Below the pieces are notes generated by a model. The model ran no database searches. It saw nothing but the letters and a program-made list of their open reading frames with translations, and had not been told where the DNA came from. A stretch of DNA of 56,978 nucleotides, filler included, from Bipalium vagum (lineage: Eukaryota), in NCBI GenBank assembly GCA_037834085.1. It is 3 parts of 3 records of this genome, joined end to end, with 100 filler letters (N's around TTAATTAATTAA, not from the genome) between each part and the next. Parts side by side here need not be neighbours in the genome. Positions count along the whole stretch, not along the records: positions 40,916 to 56,978 come from JBBMKC010129002.1; 2 more parts are not named here. One strand, written 5' to 3'. A program made the translations under genes and the position numbers. Positions 53,701 through 56,978 of the stretch are shown here, piece by piece (position 1 is the first letter of the stretch; each line of letters opens with the position of its first letter).

Positions 53701-56412
53701 AATTGGGATCAATACATTGGGATACGAAGGTCCTTATCCTATGTAAGATTATTTAGAACGGTAACAAGATCGACTATTGTCTTCACAGATCCACCAGAAA
53801 TACAGATGGCTAATGAAATAATAACTCAAAACATCAACCAAAATACAATTATTGTTTGCGTGGTTTCTGCTTATCCTATGGGACAGATAAATTGGTTTTT
53901 AGGAAATATTTCTCTCAAAACCAACTTTTGTACAATGTTTTATGATAAATCTATAAAATATTGTATTAGTAAGTGACAGTATTTTTTAAAATATTTCTTT
54001 ATTTTATCATTTCAAAAATATTCAACAGATTTTTCATAATAATATATAATATAATTTTTCAAATATTTTTATTAAATATTTATTAAAACTCTTAAAATAA
54101 GCAAAAAAATTAATTTAATTAATAATAATAATATTATTAATATTAGTTGTTAACTGCAATATCAACAATATCAGACAGTTTCAAAATTTATTAATGTTTT
54201 AAAATATAATAATATTCAATCAAATTTTCAATATTTAATAAACCAATTAAAAGTGCTACAAATTTTTAAAATATGTGTAGCCATTTTAAACCATAAATTT
54301 AAAAAAAAATGTATATATAGTACTGTGTACAATTTCCTGTAAGATTATATTAAAAAAATGACAATTTTCATTTATTCATTAAATCTATTTGATCCCAGTC
54401 TGATGCAATGCAGTATTGCCAACGTGTTTTACATTCCTCGAAGCACGTCTGGAACTCGATTTCACAAATTTTCATCCAATTCTTCTTCTACTTGGCTGTT
54501 ATCTCCTCAATTGAGCCAAAACGATTGCTACTGAGTGTTCTTTTTAGTTTAGAGAATAGCTAGAAAGCACACGGAGCTAGATCAGACGAATATGATAGTT
54601 GTGGAATGATATTAGTTGAATTTTTGGCGAAATGGTCTCGAATAATAATGCAGTGTGATCGGGTTTATGGTTGTGGTGCAAAAATCAAGAGTTGTCTTTC
54701 CACAAATCCGGCCTCTTGAATCGAATAGCTTCACGCAAACGACGCATGACATTAAAATAATAAATCTTAAGTATTAAATATTAAATTAAATTAAATTAAA
54801 TATTAAATATAATATTAGGCACTTTATAAAAGTTTAAAATTAAAAATATACCTAAATACTCACATTAATGATAATAAAAATCAAAAAAATTAATAATAAT
54901 AAATAGCTGACAGATCTTGATGGACTTATTGAAAGAACTTGAAAATAAAACAGATAATGATCAAAGATCAAATAATAAAAATATAAATAAAGTAAGTCTC
55001 AGGAAATCCATTAGAAAGATAGTCCTTGAGCCAAAGACATTTCAATTTTTTGTTTTAATTATTCTGATATTCACATCCACAAATCTTCATGTATGAAGCA
55101 GAATCAGGGAAAGTACTGAAACAAGAAAGATTAGATAAAAGTTTTTACGTTTTGGTTCAGAATTTGAATTAGAAAAATTTTAATATTTTTCCTATGGAAA
55201 TTTTATCAGAAGAGAGGAGCTCTAATATTTCTGGTTTTCCACATGAACTGAGATGAATATTTTATGAATATTTTTAAATGAATTTTTATTTACAACTGCC
55301 TTTACTGTGTCACAGAATGCTTATGAAAATGGCATTTTTTAATTTTCAGAATAATTGATAAAATTATTTCAAATTAATAAAAGAAATTTTATCAAAATTT
55401 AAATTTTTAAAATAACACATTGGAACCACTTATTTATGTCATAAAAATAAAATAAATATTGATTTATAGTTTCTATTTTTGCTGAAAATTCTAAATTATA
55501 TTAAAATATCAATATATTTAGTGTAATAGTATTGGATTCTTGAGTTAAAAATGATTGTTTTAATGATTAAATTTTATTATTGAATAAACCACCAAAAAAC
55601 CGCGCATTTAAAATTTTTTAATGTTTATTTATTTGATTTATAATATTTTATTAAAATTATCTTTCATTTCATTCAATTTTGGATGAAAAATAATCTTAGT
55701 AATATGGATGATCAAAAATACCTAATTCTCATTTGAATGTGGTAAGATTTCAAAAAAGGAAAGATTGTCGTGGAAACATACCAAACATTGTGCAATGTGC
55801 TTGGTGACATTGTTTTTACTAATATATAATGCAGGAGATAGTCTGAACCATTTAAACATGGGAAATTATATCTGAAAGATGATTAGCAGTAGATGATAGT
55901 GACTTAAAACAAGTTAATGAGAGAAATTTTCGAAAAATCTCTTGAGCACTTGCTGAGAGGTTTAATTGCACCTACGTGACCATAACGAATCATTTACATT
56001 TCAACTTGGTTTTGAAAATTTTCAATTCTAACTTAACACAATAAAATAATAATAATTATTATAATTGATTTTATTTTATTGTTTTAAGTTAAAAATGTCA
56101 TTAAATTATCCTCTGATTTTAAGTGTTAAATTGACAGTTTTCCAATGTTTCTGTAAATGTTTCTAAATGATAGATGAGGAGCGACCCAAATTGGAAACAA
56201 GTGACAATAAAGTCATTTCAAGGTTGAATCTTTACAGTTTGACAAAAAGAGATTTTGGAACCTACACTTGTAAAAGTCAAACGATTTTGGGTTCAGCCCA
56301 AGGATCGACACAGCTTAAAAGTATTTCTTCGTTTTAATTTCATTTAATATTTTATTATTATAAGTTGCATCGATTCTCCCTCAAGAAGAATTAACCTCAT
56401 TTGATTACAAAG
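50797..56412 (+). CDS. Three-Ig-domain cell-adhesion protein (lachesin/DIP/IgLON-like), termini unresolved
   Basis: Exons 50797-50915, 51760-51988, 52056-52238, 53611(or 53617)-53742, 53789-53968, 56174-56320, 56365-56412. Ig motifs: VMKC...ISW...DEGEYRC; PPKI...LTCAAIGKPSPKVLW...MRGTYRCVA; PPEI...CVVSAYPMGQINW...DFGTYTC. Phase-1 introns fall between domains. Confidence 0.85.
51200..51370. other. Assembly gap
   Basis: Plain N run after an AAT/ACT microsatellite, inside an intron of the Ig gene. Confidence 0.95.
52363..52800 (+). mobile_element. maT/Tc1-like 5' remnant in Ig-gene intron
   Basis: Terminus CAGGGTATTTGAGATAAATCG; RTTILESLCTWETPQQIINWFGYSKTTVNIFAKRFKED (HTH). Confidence 0.65.
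52880..53525 (-). mobile_element. Internally deleted mariner remnant
   Basis: Minus strand reads MGVCETNKRLYMLYDFQKG...LWFARF...KDNPRSGG. Confidence 0.7.
54330..54760 (-). mobile_element. Mariner 3' fragment
   Basis: MRRLREAIRFKRPDLWKDNS*FLHH...YSSDLAPCAF*LFSKLK. Confidence 0.9.
55580..56000 (+). mobile_element. Mariner 5' fragment
   Basis: MDDQKYLILI*MW*DFKK...ETYQTLCNVLGD...FKHGKLYLKDD. Confidence 0.7.
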
Positions 56413-56920
56413 GTATGATTCATGAACTGTTATTGTTATTGATTTTTTATTAATAATGATATTAGAAAAATGTGAAAGTTTTTGACCCAATAATGTTTTC
56501 AAGAAATATCGAAGCATCACATATTTATTATATTTTATGAAATCTTTATAAAATTGTTTACCGGTACATAAAATATTACCATTATCAATAATAAATCTAT
56601 TTCATACTAAAACTCACAATGTACTGTTACAGATTTCACGTTTAAATTAACGTTTTTTCATCTCTAGCTTATTGATATTTATCTTTGAGGTTTGTTCCAT
56701 AAAGGTCTTAAAGGAATCCACCAGAAATGCTCTGACCTTTTCCGGTCTTTTAATAAAATTCGTTACTTCTGGGGAATCTCAACATAAAATTCTTAAAAAT
56801 GTCAGACAGTATAAAATTCTAATGAACAGATCTATAAATATTTTCAAGGAAAGTGACTGTAAAAGATCGTATTTTGTTATATTTGATAATTGTGTAAATT
56901 CATTATATTCTTAATTCTTT

Positions 56921-56923
56921 ATT

Positions 56924-56954
<31 letters not shown>

Positions 56955-56978
56955 TTATTATTATTATTATTATTATTA
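56921..56978. repeat. (TTC)n(TTA)n compound microsatellite
   Basis: Directly visible at the window end. Confidence 0.95.

Noticed and set aside
1-56978. CRISPR array, rRNA, tRNA or prokaryotic operon
   Set aside because: No repeat-spacer array or RNA-gene signature was seen, and the sequence is intron-containing eukaryotic DNA.

Overview
Very AT-rich eukaryotic (metazoan) genomic DNA with GT-AG introns, (AAT)n microsatellites and many dead DNA transposons. The style suggests a planarian-like flatworm, but that is inference only. Three host genes can be reconstructed by hand, all on the + strand. (1) A complete 25-exon UBR1/UBR2-type N-recognin E3 ligase (1304-16086), whose ClpS-like N-domain has Asn at the conserved Asp of the type-2 N-degron site. 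(2) A two-transmembrane BK-channel beta-subunit/TipE-like (KCNMB/CaKB-like) gene whose exons are out of order: the loop and TM2 exons are at 20190-24710, while the matching TM1 exon is about 13 kb downstream at 37444-37576 on the same gap-free contig. (3) A three-Ig-domain lachesin/DIP/IgLON-like adhesion gene (50797 to at least 56412). The rest is degraded transposon sequence (several mariner groups, Tc1, DD37E-like, maT-like, Merlin, hAT, piggyBac MITE, pogo/Tc2, LINE fragments), some of it nested, plus a few unidentified coding-like fragments. Two gaps are artificial 100-nt linkers (N44-TTAATTAATTAA-N44), so adjacency across 19882-19981 and 40816-40915 is not guaranteed.
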